Translations under genes and position numbers: made by a program | Part shown: positions 1 to 8,525 of the stretch, in pieces | Layout: every line of letters begins with the position of its first letter | Numbering within the stretch: position 1 is the stretch's first letter | The notes under the pieces: generated by a model | Database searches by the model: none | Seen by the model: only the letters and a program-made list of their open reading frames with translations | What the model was told of the DNA's origin: nothing | DNA from: Bacteroidales bacterium | GTDB lineage: Bacteria; Bacteroidota; Bacteroidia; Bacteroidales; UBA1402 | NCBI GenBank assembly: GCA_028709215.1 | Contig: JAQVXI010000002.1 | Location: 78,880-142,879, forward strand | DNA: 64,000 nucleotides | Reading direction: 5' to 3'

Positions 1-1
1 G

Positions 2-115
2 TTTTTGGCCGAAACGGCTTTTGCCAAAAGTGACTTTGTGGATGTCGCTTATTTTGAGCCCTACTATTTGAAGGATTTTGTGGCAACAATATCCAAAAAG
101 AATGTATTGGCATAA
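2..115 (+). CDS. 3' end (37 codons plus stop) of a gene starting upstream of the window; TsaB-like C-terminus
   Basis: Frame 2 is open from the window edge to TAA at 113-115 and reads FLAETAFAKSDFVDVAYFEPYYLKDFVATISKKNVLA*. The YFEP.YLK.F ending matches my memory of Bacteroidota TsaB (t6A37 complex dimerisation subunit) tails. The assignment rests on this short tail only. The stop overlaps the next ATG (TAATG). Confidence 0.45.
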   Translation, partial: FLAETAFAKSDFVDVAYFEPYYLKDFVATISKKNVLA

Positions 116-747
116 TGATGTTTAACATGAACGTAAACGAATTGGAATATAACACACAACTGGAACGGCTGCCTCTGCCTGAGTATGGCCGTAACATTCA
201 ACGCATGGTAGACCATGCCTTGACGATCGAAGACAAAGAGGAACGCGCCAAATGTGCGCAAACCATCATCAGTATCATGGGTAATCTGTTTCCTCATTTG
301 CGGGATGTGCCGGATTTTAAACATAAACTGTGGGACCATTTGGCCATTATGTCCGATTTTAAATTGGATATCGAATATCCCTATGAGCTGGTTAAAAAAG
401 AGACCCTGCTTTCCAAGCCGGATTCTGTACCTTATAGCAGTAATCGCATCAAGGTGCGTCATTACGGCATCTATCTGGAAGAATTGATGGAAAAAGCGGT
501 TGAAATGCCGGAAGGGCCGGAGCGACTTCGTTTGGTTCAGATGATGGCCAATCACATGAAAAAATGCATTCTAAGTTGGAATCGTGAGTCGGTCGATGAT
601 CAGAAGATTTATGATGATTTGCGTCAGCTTTCCAACGGAAGGATTGATGTGGACGAAACGACCGTAAAATTGTTGGAGGTTCGGGATTATATGCCACGAA
701 AAAACAACAACCCCAGACAAAATCAAAACAATCGCAAATCCAAATAA
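115..747 (+). CDS. DUF4290 domain protein
   Basis: 210-aa ORF. The sequence LPLPEYGRNIQRMVDHA...EERAKCAQTIISIMGNLFPHLRDVPDFKHKLWDHLAIMSDFKLDIEYPY matches my memory of the Bacteroidota DUF4290 family, which typically sits directly upstream of murA. The basic, Asn-rich C-terminal tail is low-complexity. Confidence 0.8.
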   Translation: MMFNMNVNELEYNTQLERLPLPEYGRNIQRMVDHALTIEDKEERAKCAQTIISIMGNLFPHLRDVPDFKHKLWDHLAIMSDFKLDIEYPYELVKKETLLSKPDSVPYSSNRIKVRHYGIYLEELMEKAVEMPEGPERLRLVQMMANHMKKCILSWNRESVDDQKIYDDLRQLSNGRIDVDETTVKLLEVRDYMPRKNNNPRQNQNNRKSK

Positions 748-755
748 AGCAGCGC

Positions 756-2066
756 ATGGCCTCATTTTTAGTGGAGGGCGGACATCGGTTATCCGGTAGC
801 ATTGAAGCACAGGGGGCTAAAAACGAAGCCCTGCAGGTTGTTTGTGCGACCTTGTTGACTGCTGATGTTGTGGAACTTGAAAATATTCCGGACATCCTCG
901 ATGTGCGCAATCTCATTGATCTGTTGAGCGGAATCGGGGTTGATGTAAACGAACTTGGGCAGGGCCGTTGGCGATTTCAGGCCAAGTCGGTTTGCGTTTC
1001 GCGTTTGTTTGAAGCCGACTTTCTAAAGAAGTCCGCCTCTTTGCGCGGTTCGGTGATGTTGGTGGGCCCCTTATTGGCTCGATTTGGTGAGGCTGTTTTA
1101 TCGAAACCCGGTGGGGATAAAATTGGAAGAAGGCGTTTGGATACGCATTTTATAGGGGTTCAAAAACTGGGAGCCCGATTTGAATACGATGTCGAACGAG
1201 GATTGTATCACGTGTGTACGGATGGATTGCAGGGTTGTTACATGCTTCTGGACGAGGCTTCCGTTACCGGAACGGCAAACATTGTGATGGCTGCTGTTTT
1301 GGCCAAAGGCAAAACGACGCTCTACAATGCTGCGTGTGAGCCCTATGTGCAGCAACTTTGCCGCATGCTCAATGCGATGGGGGCTCAAATACGAGGCATC
1401 GGGTCCAATCTTCTTGAGATTGAAGGGGTCGAGTCTTTATCGGGCTGCACGCATCGGATATTACCGGATATGATTGAGGTGGGTAGCTTTATCGGTATGG
1501 CTGCGATGACTCAATCCGAACTTTGCATACGCAATGTTGCCTACAATGAGCTTGGAATGATTCCGGATGCGTTCAAACGTTTGGGCATTCAGTTGGAGTT
1601 AAGAGGGGATGATATTTTTATTCCTCAACAGGATTCTTATGCCGTAGAAACCTTTATGGACGGATCCATCATGACGCTATCTGACGCTCCATGGCCGGGT
1701 CTGACACCGGATTTGCTGAGTGTTTTGCTTGTTGTGGCAACGCAGGCAAAAGGCAGCGTCTTGATCCATCAGAAGATGTTTGAAAGCCGTTTGTTTTTTG
1801 TGGATAAACTCATTGATATGGGTGCGCGAATTATCTTGTGTGATCCCCATCGCGCGACGGTGATCGGTTTGGGACGTGAGCACAGTCTGAGAGGCTGCGT
1901 GATGTCCTCGCCTGATATTCGTGCCGGTATTGCGTTGCTGATTGCAGCCATGTCTGCAAATGGGAAAAGTGTAATCCATGGCATTGAGCAGATCGATCGA
2001 GGATATCAGGGGATTGACGAGCGACTCAATGCCTTGGGAGCAAGCATTAAACGTACAGAGCTATGA
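756..2066 (+). CDS. murA: UDP-N-acetylglucosamine 1-carboxyvinyltransferase (MurA), Asp-type active-site loop
   Basis: 436 aa. It has the N-terminus FLVEGGHRLSGSIEAQGAKNEALQ and the active-site loop KPGGDKIGRRRLDTH, with EPSP-synthase-fold length and layout. It lies 8 nt after DUF4290. Confidence 0.95.
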   Translation: MASFLVEGGHRLSGSIEAQGAKNEALQVVCATLLTADVVELENIPDILDVRNLIDLLSGIGVDVNELGQGRWRFQAKSVCVSRLFEADFLKKSASLRGSVMLVGPLLARFGEAVLSKPGGDKIGRRRLDTHFIGVQKLGARFEYDVERGLYHVCTDGLQGCYMLLDEASVTGTANIVMAAVLAKGKTTLYNAACEPYVQQLCRMLNAMGAQIRGIGSNLLEIEGVESLSGCTHRILPDMIEVGSFIGMAAMTQSELCIRNVAYNELGMIPDAFKRLGIQLELRGDDIFIPQQDSYAVETFMDGSIMTLSDAPWPGLTPDLLSVLLVVATQAKGSVLIHQKMFESRLFFVDKLIDMGARIILCDPHRATVIGLGREHSLRGCVMSSPDIRAGIALLIAAMSANGKSVIHGIEQIDRGYQGIDERLNALGASIKRTEL

Positions 2067-2587
2067 TCGATCAAACGGAAGTTTTCCCTATTGGGCATTT
2101 TTATAAAGTACACGGTGTAAGCGGTGAGCTGGGACTATCGTTTGAGACCGATGTTTTCGATCGAAGTCCGGCACCGTATTGGGTCATTGAGATTGAAGGT
2201 ATTTTGGTTCCCTTTTTTATTGATTCCTACCGCTTCATCGGCAATGCTTCTGCACTGATACGCTTGGAGGGTGTTGATACAGCGGATCGCGCAAAAGCCT
2301 TTGTTGGTCGACCGGTCTTTTTCCCGAGAGCTTATGCAGAGCCGGATGATGCGGTTGAAACCGGCTGGTCTCAACTCATCGGTTTCCAAGTATGGGATCT
2401 CAATAGGGGTTGTATTGGAGAGATAACCGCTATAGATGAATCTACGATGAATGTTTTGTTGATTGTAGAGCAAGAAGGTGTTGATCATTTGTTGCCTGCG
2501 CAAGCTGATTTTATACAAGAAGTAGATGCCGAAAATCAGCAGATTCGTGTTCAATTGCCCGAAGGTTTTCTGGATTTACAAGCATGA
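2063..2587 (+). CDS. rimM: 16S rRNA processing protein RimM
   Basis: 174 aa. The N-terminus reads PIGHFYKVHGVSGELGL (RimM N-domain) and a PRC-barrel-like C-terminal half follows. ATGA start/stop overlap with murA. Confidence 0.85.
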   Translation: MIDQTEVFPIGHFYKVHGVSGELGLSFETDVFDRSPAPYWVIEIEGILVPFFIDSYRFIGNASALIRLEGVDTADRAKAFVGRPVFFPRAYAEPDDAVETGWSQLIGFQVWDLNRGCIGEITAIDESTMNVLLIVEQEGVDHLLPAQADFIQEVDAENQQIRVQLPEGFLDLQA

Positions 2588-3351
2588 TTGAAGGACAACA
2601 ACTGGAAATAGGATACAGCCATCAATCTCGTGGACGTTTAATGGAACCCCTCAATTTTGAGGCTCAAAAAGCATCGCTGGTTTGTGTCTTGGGAACCAAC
2701 GGAACCGGCAAATCGACCTTGCTTAAAACCATTGGTGGGCTTCTGCCCCCGTTGGGTGGCCGGATCAGCATCGATGGGCGTTCCATTCACTCCTTATCTT
2801 TGTCCGAACGGGCCAAACGCTTTGCCTTTGTTTTGACCGATGCCATTCAAGTCGGGTTTATAACAGTTTTTCAACTGGTTTCTATGGGTCGTCATCCGCA
2901 TACCCGAATGACCGGTCGACTGACTTCACAAGATCGGAATCGTGTCGAACAGGCACTTGATGAAGTTCATCTAAGCGGGTTTGATCATCGATACGTGCAT
3001 GAATTATCGGATGGTGAAAAGCAGCGGGTGCTCATTGCAAAAGCGTTGGCTCAGGATACGCCCATCATTTTGTTGGACGAGCCGACTTCATTTCTTGATT
3101 TACCCAATCGCATCGAGACCATGCTACTGCTGCAGCGCCTTGCGCACGAAGCGGGTAAGACCATTGTCCTGTCCACCCATGAGGTTGATTTGGCCTTGCG
3201 TTTGTCGGATCGGATTTGGTTGTTGGAATCCCATGCCGGGCTGATGCAAGGCAGTCCGACCGAATTAATGGATAATGGTTGTATTCAACGAGCATTTAAC
3301 AGCGATCGATTTGGTTTTGATAAAGAAAGCGGTCGGGTTATCATTTTTTAA
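2584..3351 (+). CDS. ABC transporter ATP-binding protein (FepC/BtuD-like), orphan
   Basis: Walker A GTNGTGKST, ABC signature LSDGEKQR, Walker B IILLDEPTSFLD and H-loop STHE. ATGA overlap with rimM. No permease or binding-protein gene is nearby. Confidence 0.85.
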   Translation: MIEGQQLEIGYSHQSRGRLMEPLNFEAQKASLVCVLGTNGTGKSTLLKTIGGLLPPLGGRISIDGRSIHSLSLSERAKRFAFVLTDAIQVGFITVFQLVSMGRHPHTRMTGRLTSQDRNRVEQALDEVHLSGFDHRYVHELSDGEKQRVLIAKALAQDTPIILLDEPTSFLDLPNRIETMLLLQRLAHEAGKTIVLSTHEVDLALRLSDRIWLLESHAGLMQGSPTELMDNGCIQRAFNSDRFGFDKESGRVIIF

Positions 3352-3412
3352 GTAGTTTTCAGCCGGTTTGCGCATTTTTTCTGTTAAATTCGCCCAACAA
3401 TTAAGAACATCG

Positions 3413-4288
3413 ATGGCGAAGCATTCCGCATCCAAACGTTTTTTTGATAAACTTCGTAAAAAATTCCAGTTGAGTATTTTCAACGAAAGCACGCTGGAAT
3501 CGATATTCACCTTACGTGTATCACGTTTGGACGGGCTTTTTATGCTTGTTTCGGTTGGAATGTTGTTTGTGTTTCTCTCTTATCTGTTGATTCGCTTCAC
3601 TCCGGTCGGTCAGTACCTTCCTATGCCGGTTGATCATGGATTGCACAACCAGTTGCTTTCGGATGCGTATCGCGTGGATTCTTTACACGAAGAGTTGCAA
3701 CGACAAATCCGTTATATCGATGTCGTAAAACGCATTGTAGCCGGAGAACTACCCGCCGACAGTACCGAGTACGATCGGGAAATCCCCATGGATACGCTGG
3801 CCAATCATCATTTGGATTTGATGCATGCCTCACAACGAGAGCAGGATTTTCGTGCTCAATACGAGGAAACTGAACGCTACAATCTTTCTTCGTTGAAATC
3901 CGACGAACAAAACCTGGTTCAGTTGTTGTATCTTCCGGTCAAAGGAACACCGGTTGGAGCGTTCAATCCCGCCAAAGATTCGTATGGAATTGAGCTGGAG
4001 GTTGAATCGCATCAGGCTGTTTTGTCGGTTTTGGACGGGACGGTCGTTTATGCCGGGTTTTCACCGGATTTACAATATGTCTTACACATTCAGCACAGCA
4101 ACGATTTTCTATCGGTTTATAAGAATGCTGTTGAGCTCTTGTGTAAGCAAGGAGATGTCGTAAAAGCGGGGGCACCGATTGCAATGGTTGGTAGAAGTCG
4201 GGATACACACAGCCGCTTGTTTCTTATTTTTGAATTGTGGCAACGGGGAAAGGCTTTAAATCCGTTGGAGTATTTAATCATTGAATAA
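3413..4288 (+). CDS. Membrane-anchored degenerate LytM (M23-like) domain protein, probable amidase activator rather than peptidase
   Basis: The ORF track starts at TTG 3368. ATG 3413 (MAKHSASKRFFDKLRKKF...) is followed by one TM helix (LFMLVSVGMLFVFLSYLLI), a coiled-coil-like middle and a C-terminal M23 fold (VLDGTVVYAGF...LHIQHSNDFLSVYKN...GDVVKAGAPIAMVG). The Zn-ligand motifs HxxxD and HxH read SYGIE and RLFLIFE. Confidence 0.75.
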   Translation: MAKHSASKRFFDKLRKKFQLSIFNESTLESIFTLRVSRLDGLFMLVSVGMLFVFLSYLLIRFTPVGQYLPMPVDHGLHNQLLSDAYRVDSLHEELQRQIRYIDVVKRIVAGELPADSTEYDREIPMDTLANHHLDLMHASQREQDFRAQYEETERYNLSSLKSDEQNLVQLLYLPVKGTPVGAFNPAKDSYGIELEVESHQAVLSVLDGTVVYAGFSPDLQYVLHIQHSNDFLSVYKNAVELLCKQGDVVKAGAPIAMVGRSRDTHSRLFLIFELWQRGKALNPLEYLIIE

Positions 4289-4290
4289 GC

Positions 4291-5445
4291 ATGGAAGCAG
4301 CGCGCAAACAAATAGCCCTTTTGGGATCAACCGGATCCATCGGTAAACAAGCATTGGAAGTAATACAGGCACATCCGGATCGTTTTGAAGTCTATGCCTT
4401 GACTGCAAACAATCAAGTGGATGTCCTGATTGATCAGGCCCGTCGTACGTTGCCGGATGCGGTTGTGATCGCCAACGAAACGCATTATTTGAGATTGAAA
4501 GATGCGCTTTCGGATTTGCCCATCAAAGTATATGCGGGAGCGGATGCCATTGCAGATATCGTAACGGCGGAACCCATTGATATGGTACTAACAGCCATGG
4601 TGGGTTATGCCGGACTGCGTCCAACCATTTCTGCCATAAAGGCGGGCAAACCAATCGCCTTAGCCAACAAGGAAACGATGGTTGTGGCCGGTGAAATCAT
4701 CAATCGACTTGCGCACGAAAATCGTGTGCCCATCATTCCTGTTGATTCGGAGCATTCTGCAATCTTTCAGTGCCTCGAATACCACAATCCCATTGAGAAA
4801 ATCATTTTAACGGCATCCGGAGGCCCTTTTCGTACCTGGTCAACCGACCAGCTGGTGCAGGCAACCCGTGCTCAGGCGTTGAAGCATCCCAATTGGGATA
4901 TGGGTGCTAAAATCACCGTTGACTCCGCCAGTATGATGAATAAGGGCTTTGAGGTGATCGAAGCCAAATGGCTTTTTTACCTACAGCCCAATCAAATAGA
5001 GGTGCTGGTTCATCCTCAGTCCATCATTCATTCGATGGTGCAATTTGAGGATGGTAGCATCAAAGCGCAAATGGGTTTGCCGGACATGAAGCTTCCCATA
5101 CTGTATGCTTTTTCGTATCCGGAACGACTACAAACACAGTTTCCGCGTTTAGACTTTTCGGAGTTCGCCACGCTGACGTTTGAAAAACCGGATTTCGATC
5201 GGTTCCGAAACCTTCAATTGGCTTATCACGCAATGAATACCGGTGGCAATATGCCTTGCATCTTGAACGCTGCCAACGAGATTGCTGTTGAAGCTTTTTT
5301 GCAGGATAAAATAAGTTTTTTGGGCATGTCTGATCTGATCGAAAAGACCCTACGTGCGGTTTCTTTTTTGCCTACTCCGGACTACGAAGATTACGTTCGT
5401 ACCGATGCAGAAGCCCGTTTGTTTGCCAAGAGTATCGTACATTAA
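4291..5445 (+). CDS. dxr: 1-deoxy-D-xylulose-5-phosphate reductoisomerase
   Basis: 384 aa. It carries the NADPH motif LGSTGSIGKQAL plus LANKETMV, DSEHSAIFQC, HPNWDMG and NKGFEVIEA. Confidence 0.95.
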   Translation: MEAARKQIALLGSTGSIGKQALEVIQAHPDRFEVYALTANNQVDVLIDQARRTLPDAVVIANETHYLRLKDALSDLPIKVYAGADAIADIVTAEPIDMVLTAMVGYAGLRPTISAIKAGKPIALANKETMVVAGEIINRLAHENRVPIIPVDSEHSAIFQCLEYHNPIEKIILTASGGPFRTWSTDQLVQATRAQALKHPNWDMGAKITVDSASMMNKGFEVIEAKWLFYLQPNQIEVLVHPQSIIHSMVQFEDGSIKAQMGLPDMKLPILYAFSYPERLQTQFPRLDFSEFATLTFEKPDFDRFRNLQLAYHAMNTGGNMPCILNAANEIAVEAFLQDKISFLGMSDLIEKTLRAVSFLPTPDYEDYVRTDAEARLFAKSIVH

Positions 5446-5462
5446 TTAAAAACAATTGTTCT

Positions 5463-6845
5463 ATGGACCTTTTTTTGATCCGAACCCTCCAAATGATTTT
5501 GAGTCTATCCTTGTTGATTTTGATTCATGAGTTTGGACATTTTATCTTTTCAAGACTGTTTGGCATACGCGTCGAAAAGTTTTATTTGTTTTTCAATCCG
5601 TCCTTTTCTTTCTTTCGTGCCAAACGCATCAACGGAAAGATTAAAATGCGTTGGTTTAGTAGAAAATCACCGGCTGAATTTGAAGAACATCCGGAAAAAA
5701 CGGAATTCGGTATGGGTTGGGTCCCCCTGGGAGGCTATTGCAGCATATCCGGTATGATCGACGAATCGTTGAATACCGAACAGATGGCCCAAGAACCCAA
5801 ACCTTGGGAGTTTCGGACCAAGCCGGCATGGCAACGGCTATTTGTTATGGTAGGCGGTGTTCTGTTTAATTTTATTCTTGCGTTGATCCTGTATTCTGCC
5901 ATTCTGCATGTTTGGGGAGATCGTTATTTGCCCTTGCAGGAAGTGAAGATGGGGATGAGTTTCGCTCCTGTTGCGCAGGAAGTCGGATTTGTGGATGGAG
6001 ATGTGTTGCTTTCGGCAGATGGAGTGCGGTTGGAACGCTTTGATGAGAATACCATGCGTTTGATCGCTGAAGCCAAATCGGTAGAGGTGATGCGCGGTGG
6101 ATCCATCGTCGTGTTAACCATGCCCGAAGAATTTATGCAAAAAATCATCGCCGGTGGGCAGGGGTTCGCCGGTTTTCGATATCCAACCATCATCAAGGAG
6201 GTCAATTCAGGTTCACCGGCAGCCATGGCCGGTCTGAAGGAAGGGGATCATTTGGTCGCAATTGCAGGGAAGGAAGTGCCTACTTTTGCTGAGTTCGGAC
6301 TGCGTTTATCTGAGTTTTCCGATCAGCGTGTTTCCTTGGCCTTCTATCGTGATGGCGTGCTGGATTCTGTTCTGGTACAACCCACGTCGGATGGCAAACT
6401 GGGAGTGATGGTTCAATCCATTACCGAGATCTATCCAACCAAAGAAATTTCCTATAGTATCTTGGCTTCCATACCGGCTGGCATTAAAATGGGCTTGGGT
6501 AAATTGACCGGTTATGCCAGTGATATGAAATACGCCTTTACCAAAGAAGGAGCAAAGACCTTGGGCGGTTTTGCTGCCATCGGTAGTTTGTTCCCTCCGG
6601 TTTGGAGTTGGCAGATTTTCTGGCAAACTACTGCATTTTTGTCCATCATCCTGGCGTTTATGAATATTCTTCCAATACCTGCACTCGACGGTGGTCACAT
6701 CCTTTTTCTATTGTATGAGGTTGTTTCCAGACGCAAACCATCGGATAAGTTTATGGAACGAGCGCAAATGATTGGAATGGTTCTTTTGTTTGGTTTGCTG
6801 ATCTTTGCAAACGGAAACGACCTCTACCGGTGGTTGTTTAAATAA
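5463..6845 (+). CDS. rseP: RIP metalloprotease RseP (site-2 protease)
   Basis: 460 aa. HEFGH lies in the first TM segment, the central region is PDZ-like, and the second motif NILPIPALDGGH is present. The dxr-rseP order is conserved. Confidence 0.9.
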   Translation: MDLFLIRTLQMILSLSLLILIHEFGHFIFSRLFGIRVEKFYLFFNPSFSFFRAKRINGKIKMRWFSRKSPAEFEEHPEKTEFGMGWVPLGGYCSISGMIDESLNTEQMAQEPKPWEFRTKPAWQRLFVMVGGVLFNFILALILYSAILHVWGDRYLPLQEVKMGMSFAPVAQEVGFVDGDVLLSADGVRLERFDENTMRLIAEAKSVEVMRGGSIVVLTMPEEFMQKIIAGGQGFAGFRYPTIIKEVNSGSPAAMAGLKEGDHLVAIAGKEVPTFAEFGLRLSEFSDQRVSLAFYRDGVLDSVLVQPTSDGKLGVMVQSITEIYPTKEISYSILASIPAGIKMGLGKLTGYASDMKYAFTKEGAKTLGGFAAIGSLFPPVWSWQIFWQTTAFLSIILAFMNILPIPALDGGHILFLLYEVVSRRKPSDKFMERAQMIGMVLLFGLLIFANGNDLYRWLFK

Positions 6846-6864
6846 TCTAGGGCAAATGACTTGG

Positions 6865-6912
6865 GGTGTACAAAATGCCATTTTCTGTGTGGTAAATTGT
6901 ACACCTCTTTTG
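6865..6912 (+). terminator. Candidate intrinsic terminator after rseP
   Basis: GGTGTACAA (6865-6873) pairs with TTGTACACC (6897-6905). An inner extension (UGCCA / UGGUA, including one G-U pair) leaves a ~9-nt loop. CTCTTTTGTG follows. Folded by eye only. Confidence 0.5.
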
Positions 6913-6928
6913 TGATAATTCTTTTAAA

Positions 6929-6945
6929 ATCCTGATAATCAGGAT
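6929..6945. promoter_or_regulatory. Perfect 17-bp palindrome ATCCTGAT-A-ATCAGGAT upstream of the PUL; candidate operator
   Basis: Two 8-bp arms flank a single central base, which is too tight for an RNA hairpin loop. It lies ~70 nt upstream of the only -7 box before the GH28 gene. TGATAAT also occurs 20 nt upstream (6913-6919). Confidence 0.3.
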
Positions 6946-7015
6946 GGTTTAACCGGTGGCGATTTGAGTGCTTCTTTCTGAACGTTTGACGCACCCCGTT
7001 GCGATTCATTCATGG

Positions 7016-7023
7016 TATATTTG
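7016..7023 (+). promoter_or_regulatory. Bacteroidota -7 promoter box (TATATTTG) for the PUL
   Basis: It matches the TAnnTTTG consensus of Bacteroides-type sigma-A promoters, 27 nt upstream of ATG 7050. I found no well-spaced -33 TTTG. Confidence 0.4.
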
Positions 7024-7049
7024 TTTCAAGTGATGAAACATTTTATATC

Positions 7050-8495
7050 ATGATTAAAACACGGATTCAACGCCCGGTCTTTCTAAGCATCATTCTGCTT
7101 GTTTTGCTCGCTTCTTGTACGAAAAAGGAGCTTCGAAACGGTATACCCAATTTTTCTTGGATTGAAGAGGTAGGAGCCAAACGTTTTCCTACGCAGGATC
7201 ATACCCCCATTTCAGTAAATGATTTCGGTGCGGTTGCCGATACGTCCATCATCAGCACACAAGCCATACAGGCTGCCATCGATGCTTGTGCCGCTCAAGG
7301 CGGTGGTAAAGTCGTGTTTGAAGCAGGTGATTATTGCAGCGGTTCGATTTTTCTTAAATCCGGCGTGCAGTTGCATTTGGATGAAGGTGTCCGTCTTTTT
7401 GGCAGCCAGAACCTAACGGATTATCCATTGATGCCTACTCGGGTTGCCGGTATAGAAATGGAATGGCCTGCCGGTTTAATTACTGCAGTCAATCAGGAAA
7501 ATGTTGCCCTAACCGGATCCGGAGAAATATGGGGACAAGGAAAAGTATTTTGGGACAGTTACTGGAAATTGAGACAAGAATACGATGTTCAACAGCTTCG
7601 GTGGATAACCGATTATGACTGCATGCGTCCGAGAATGGTATTAATTCAAGATTGTACCCACGCAACCATCCTCGGAAACAAATTTTTTGAAGCCGGTTTT
7701 TGGACCATACATATATTATATTCTTCGCAAGTAACCATCGATGGCGTTTTTATCGACAACAACAACGCAGGAAGGGGACCAAGTACGGATGGTATTGACA
7801 TCGATTCCTCCAATCGGATTTTAGTTCAGAATTGTGATATCAGCTGCAACGACGACAATATTTGTCTCAAGGCAGGCAGAGATGCCGACGGTCTGCGCGT
7901 CAATCGTCCGACTGAATTTGTGATCATTCGCAATTCCATAGCCCGTCACGGCGATGGTTTGTTTACCTGTGGCAGCGAGACCTCGGGTGGCATACGCAAC
8001 GTACTATGTTACGATATGAAGGCCATTGAAACAGAAATTGGTTTGCGGTTCAAATCGGCCTTAAATCGCGGTGGAATCGTAGAAAATATATGGATTGCCA
8101 ATGTTGAAATGATTGATTTGCGCGATGCTTTTCAGATCAATTTAAATTGGAACCCCAATTACAGTTATACGCAATTGCCGGAGTCATTTGAGGGAAAATC
8201 CATTCCCAAGCATTGGCAGGTATTGTTGGAACCGGTTTCACCGGAAGAAGGACTACCACAGATTCGAAATATTTACTTTACCGACATTGTGGCAAGAAAT
8301 TGCAAAGTAGGGATGGTCTGTGAAGGTGTTGAGCAATCACCCATTCGTGATTTTCATTTTACCAATGTTTTCGTACATGCCCAACGTCCGGGTCGAATGT
8401 ATTGGGCTCAAGATTGGACGACCAATAATGTTACGTTTGAATTTGAGAATTCTGCTGCAATGGATATTCAGAATAGTCAGAATGCGCAATTATAA
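7050..8495 (+). CDS. Glycoside hydrolase family 28 lipoprotein (polygalacturonase/galacturonosidase-like)
   Basis: The track ORF starts at TTG 6999. ATG 7050 gives MIKTRIQRPVFLSIILLVLLASC (lipobox). GH28 motifs are present: STDGIDIDSS, CNDDNICLKAG, RHGDGLFTCGSE and LRFKS. The N-terminal QAIQAAIDACAAQGGGKVVF is typical. Confidence 0.85.
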   Translation: MIKTRIQRPVFLSIILLVLLASCTKKELRNGIPNFSWIEEVGAKRFPTQDHTPISVNDFGAVADTSIISTQAIQAAIDACAAQGGGKVVFEAGDYCSGSIFLKSGVQLHLDEGVRLFGSQNLTDYPLMPTRVAGIEMEWPAGLITAVNQENVALTGSGEIWGQGKVFWDSYWKLRQEYDVQQLRWITDYDCMRPRMVLIQDCTHATILGNKFFEAGFWTIHILYSSQVTIDGVFIDNNNAGRGPSTDGIDIDSSNRILVQNCDISCNDDNICLKAGRDADGLRVNRPTEFVIIRNSIARHGDGLFTCGSETSGGIRNVLCYDMKAIETEIGLRFKSALNRGGIVENIWIANVEMIDLRDAFQINLNWNPNYSYTQLPESFEGKSIPKHWQVLLEPVSPEEGLPQIRNIYFTDIVARNCKVGMVCEGVEQSPIRDFHFTNVFVHAQRPGRMYWAQDWTTNNVTFEFENSAAMDIQNSQNAQL

Positions 8496-8525
8496 TACGA
8501 AACTAACCATAAAAACAAAAAACCA

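Noticed and set aside
5463-6845. RseP immediately upstream of the PUL, considered as part of an anti-sigma-based PUL regulatory module.
   Set aside because: The dxr-rseP pair is a conserved housekeeping arrangement. No ECF sigma or anti-sigma gene is present, neither SusC has an STN domain, and a terminator-like hairpin separates rseP from the PUL.
6999-7049. N-terminal extensions from non-ATG (TTG/GTG) track starts: 6999, 3368, 13261, 26759, 28444, 50093, 52769, 55139, 58168 and 58211.
   Set aside because: In each case a downstream ATG yields a proper signal peptide or lipobox, or a start/stop coupling. The extension either overlaps the previous gene, a -7 box or the riboswitch.
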